Assembly: GCA_044892525.1 (NCBI GenBank)
Contig: CM097886.1
Coordinates: 60,016,001 to 60,080,000 of the forward strand
DNA from: Schmidtea polychroa
Taxonomy: Eukaryota
DNA: 64,000 nt
Reading direction: 5' to 3'
A program made the position numbers and the translations under genes. The notes beneath the pieces were generated by a model that saw nothing but the letters and a program-made list of their open reading frames with translations, was not told where the DNA came from and ran no database searches. This document shows positions 60,331 to 64,000 of the stretch, piece by piece. Each line of letters opens with the position of its first letter. The first letter of the stretch is position 1.

Positions 60331-61061
60331 ATGAAATTTTATTCCATAATTTTTTATTTAATTTTAGTAATTTTTAACAATCTAGTAAGATACTTAAATT
60401 GTATTTCAAATATTAATATAGCTTATTAGACTCAAGCTAATGTTTGCAATCAAAGTTGTAATAAATCCTCAGAAATTGAAAATATCTTTAATTTTACTGA
60501 GTTATGTATTAATTATACTGGAGTAGTACATAATATTTGTTGCAACGTTGGTAACTCTACAGTTGGGTAGAATTCATTCTATTTATTTAAATTTTAATTA
60601 TTATTTCAGAATAGATCTGCGTTTCTGTCAACGTGATATTTTTGACAATCAAATTAATAATTTGAAATCAGACTTGAAATTCATGTTTTTTTATTAATTT
60701 TCTTGATTCTTTCAATATTAATCTGTTAACAGGATTATGAATGGATTGCAAATTAACGAAACAACATCTTTTTGCGGTTATCACAGTGTAGATTTATTGT
60801 AACTACTTTGAAAGATAAAAATGCAAAATGACTGAATCATTTAGGGAAGTAGCTAATGGGAAATCTTGTCCAGGTGATAGTTCATATTGGAAACATGTTG
60901 TTTTAAAAAATGACTCAATAACATGTCAAACTCAATTGAATGTCTGTGGTAATCATTCGTTGATCACATGTCCAAAAAATTCGATTTGTATTCCAAATGG
61001 TCCAAATTGCTTGACTTGTAATTGCATGGAAGATTATTCCAGTTATAAATGCCTAAAAAAG
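60331..61061 (+). CDS. ATRAID: ATRAID/APR-3-like secreted or membrane protein with EGF-like domain (3' exon unresolved)
   Basis: Signal exon MKFYSIIFYLILVIFNNL (60331-60384); exons encoding TQANVCNQSC, ICCNVGNSTVG-IDLRFC, and CPGDSSYW...CQTQLNVC...CPKNSICIPNGPNCLTCNCMEDYSSYKCL, matching the ATRAID cysteine pattern. Confidence 0.7.
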
Positions 61062-63553
61062 GTCAAATATTTAAAAATTTTGCTCAAATTTTGGAAAATA
61101 GCTGCAAATGTCGATTATGTATAAATCTATATTTATTGCATAAGTTCTCCGGAATTTATTATGATTTGAGTGGATAATTATTACATGCAATATTACTCCT
61201 TATTGGGTGGGCGCTCAATTTCCTTAAGTATGTTATAGGTTTCGGGGACTGGAAATGGCCAAGTCAGGCTAGTAATCCATCGCAACCCGTTGGGAATAAA
61301 AGTACCAAGATAAAAAAGTGGTAACAAGACTACCAACCGACAGATAAGCAATATCAAAAAATGAATAATTCGAAGATCAACTAAAGACGTGCATTTGTAT
61401 CACTTAAGGGTGTTTAAATGGAAATATTTCTAATTTTTTGTATGGAGATACTTCTTTCCTGGTAGTCATGGTAACTGTGACTAAATCATATTATTTCAAA
61501 TGACTTAAATGCATAATGTTTTATTAATTACATTACAGGTCAATATAAGGTTAAAAATACTTTAAAGAATTATTTTAGCGCATGTAAGTGACTATTATAA
61601 TAATTTTTCTTTATATTTTTTATTATTTGTTTTAATTTTATTTATTTTTTTTGTTATTACATATTTTGTTATTTATTATTTATCTTATAGTCGAAAATTT
61701 TTTCATTAAATTATTTGCAGCAAAAGGCTTAAAGTATCACTTAATTATTATTACTCTTATTATTAAAAAAATTCCAGTGGAATGAAAGGTGTTATAGAAA
61801 AATTTATAGTTTCTCAAGGTACTCACATCTATCTTTGTATCATTTTAAAAAATAATAATTATTAAATTTATGATTTCTAAACATCTCCTTTTTAACTAAC
61901 AAACTTACAATAATACGTCCACTTTGACAAAAATTATCCAGTAATCGCGACGGAATGGCAGATTATTGTGGATGTTTTTGCAATAATCGATATGTTGGGA
62001 TGTCTTTTCCCTTTGGTTACTAATTCATACAATACAAGAAGGAAATAAAATTCAGATAAATGGCGGGTTTTATTTTGATTTGATCCGATTAAACAACCGG
62101 AATTTTATTTAAATTTTCTTAAAAAATTTAATTTATTATCAAATGCTATTTCTATTTATTGCTTTTTTCCAATATGTTTCTTTTCTGTAACTTGCATTTT
62201 ATTAATTTTAATTAATCATGTTTTATTTTTTTATTAAGTGTTTGTTTAATTTATTGTTTATTTGATGTATTTATAATTTTAAATAAACTTTTTGCGTTGT
62301 TTATGTTATGTTGGCTAGCTCCGGCAGTTCCTCTTTAATTACTTTTTAATTATTAATTAATTTCTAATTACTTAATTAATGACCTTCTGCCTCAACACTT
62401 ACTTGGAGCTGGCCATCAGAGCTCTGTACATTTTCTATAATAACTTGGTCATTAACAGTGATTGTGGTTTGAATGCAGCATAATTAAATCATTTTCATGA
62501 TTGGAATAGTGGTAATTAGTATATTGAGAATGAGAAAGAAAGATCAACGTGGTTGCTTCTAACCCAGCAATAATTATGTTGAGAGATCCTCTGAGATCAA
62601 ATTTATTTAATGCTGCTTCTTGATGTTTCCATAATTTATTCATTTTATAAATTTCCCATAAAAATAAATTAAGGTTTTTATATATTTTTAGGGTAAATTT
62701 CCTACTAAATCTTTTCTCTTTGGCTGGATATTCAGTTCGGTTGGAGCAGCTTTAGTTTTCCTGGTGATTAAAATTTATTTTACCCGTTTTTATTGTTTTG
62801 AGTAATTGAATTCATATTCACACTTCATTTTATCAGATCCTCATCGATTCATCATCGTGACCCACTTTTATAATTTTCAAAATATTTTAATTATCATACT
62901 CAGTGTTCCACTTGTTCTTTAAATTTATATTATTATTATTAACATTTTTATTTATTAATTATTTTTTTATTAATTATTTATTATTAATTGTATTTATTGA
63001 TTCATAGTCAAGCTTTTTAATAAATACAATGTCAATGGAAAAGAAATCAGTAGTGAAGTTTTAAAAAAAATTTCTTATAATATTTTTATTAATTATTTTT
63101 ATTAACAACAAGTGAACTATATGGGTTTCTGTGTAACCAATTTCTGTTACGATGCATTTCAACCAGCGATTTACCAGTGAATAGAAACTATAGAAAGTGG
63201 CATTCTTTTCAATGAAATCTTGTACTTATCTTGTAAGATCCTCCTTGCTCTTGCAAATGTATTTTCCGGGTGAATAACGACAAATCGGCAGTACGTCCTT
63301 TTTGGTGTTCTGTGGTGAGTCGTTAGGCCGTCTTGCCGAAATGTCATACAACAAAAACGAAACAGGTCGAAAACGAACACCTTTAATATATATATATATA
63401 CACACTAGAGCCTCGAGTTGCGTCGTTAATGTGTTCCAATAAATCGCGACGTATCTCGAAACAACGCAATTCGAATTTTAATTTTGTATACATTTGTATT
63501 TGTTTTTATATAATAGGTTCCGATAAAATCTGAAATCCATGTTTTTGTTGGTT

Positions 63554-63930
63554 ACTTAGGGGTGTGTCATTTTAAATTTTTAAATGCATTAGGGGTAATC
63601 ATATATATTCACTCGACTCTTTCCTAAGCACCTCCATGACTATTGCAATTTAACCATTTGTGTACCCATGGCGACGACCATGTTGGTACTGTACACAAAG
63701 GCGAAAAAACAATGAGCAGGTGAGCTCTATTGCTAAAACTACTCCCCGTTGTATTTTCTCTTCGGGTTCTAGACGGCCGATAGAAGGTCTTACGTCATTG
63801 ATCATTTTCTATTTTTACTTTTCTATCTCATTCGGTTATGGTCTTCATTTCTAGTTGTTTTCTATTGTTTTCTTTTCAAAATTTTGTGTAGGGACGCGCC
63901 CTTTTTTTTCTATTAATAAAGGTTGCTAGG
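63554..63930 (+). repeat. Repeat family B copy (longest)
   Basis: Homologous to 30905-31240 (-) and 52085-52345 (+); contains the structured motif at 63679-63796. Confidence 0.85.
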
Positions 63931-64000
63931 TATTTCTTTTGATATTTATGAATATTTAAACTATCTCGCAAAAAAAATTTGAGCAGGAATTGGCCCTTAT

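Noticed and set aside
63171-63380. GC-richer exon-like 69-aa minus-strand ORF
   Set aside because: No recognisable homology or linked exons in the window.

Overview
AT-rich eukaryotic (probably invertebrate animal) genomic DNA with mostly short (40-60 nt) spliceosomal introns; the host cannot be identified from this window. Positions 1-25275 hold two head-to-tail, near-identical copies (period 12,563 bp) of a very young Ty3/gypsy LTR retroelement in an LTR-internal-LTR-internal-LTR arrangement. The element is retrovirus-like and unusual. One uninterrupted 3033-aa ORF encodes, in order: Gag, zinc knuckle, an unknown AT-hook-containing domain, [signal peptide, chuvirus-G/herpes-gB-like fusogen, TM], protease, RT, RNase H, integrase, [second signal peptide, FN3-like ectodomain, TM]. 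An accessory reading frame follows that contains a REX4/ISG20-like DEDDh exonuclease fold with lost catalytic residues, split by an in-frame TAA. Copy 2 has a nonsense codon at the end of RT. The rest of the window is TE debris (Tigger/pogo, Polinton/Maverick capsid, hAT, Merlin, Helitron-like, MITEs, foldbacks) around three host genes: PNKP, an IFI27/ISG12-family gene and an ATRAID-like gene. A ~110-120 nt motif with covarying stems recurs seven times in otherwise unrelated repeat families. All domain calls come from motif recognition by eye; no searches were run.
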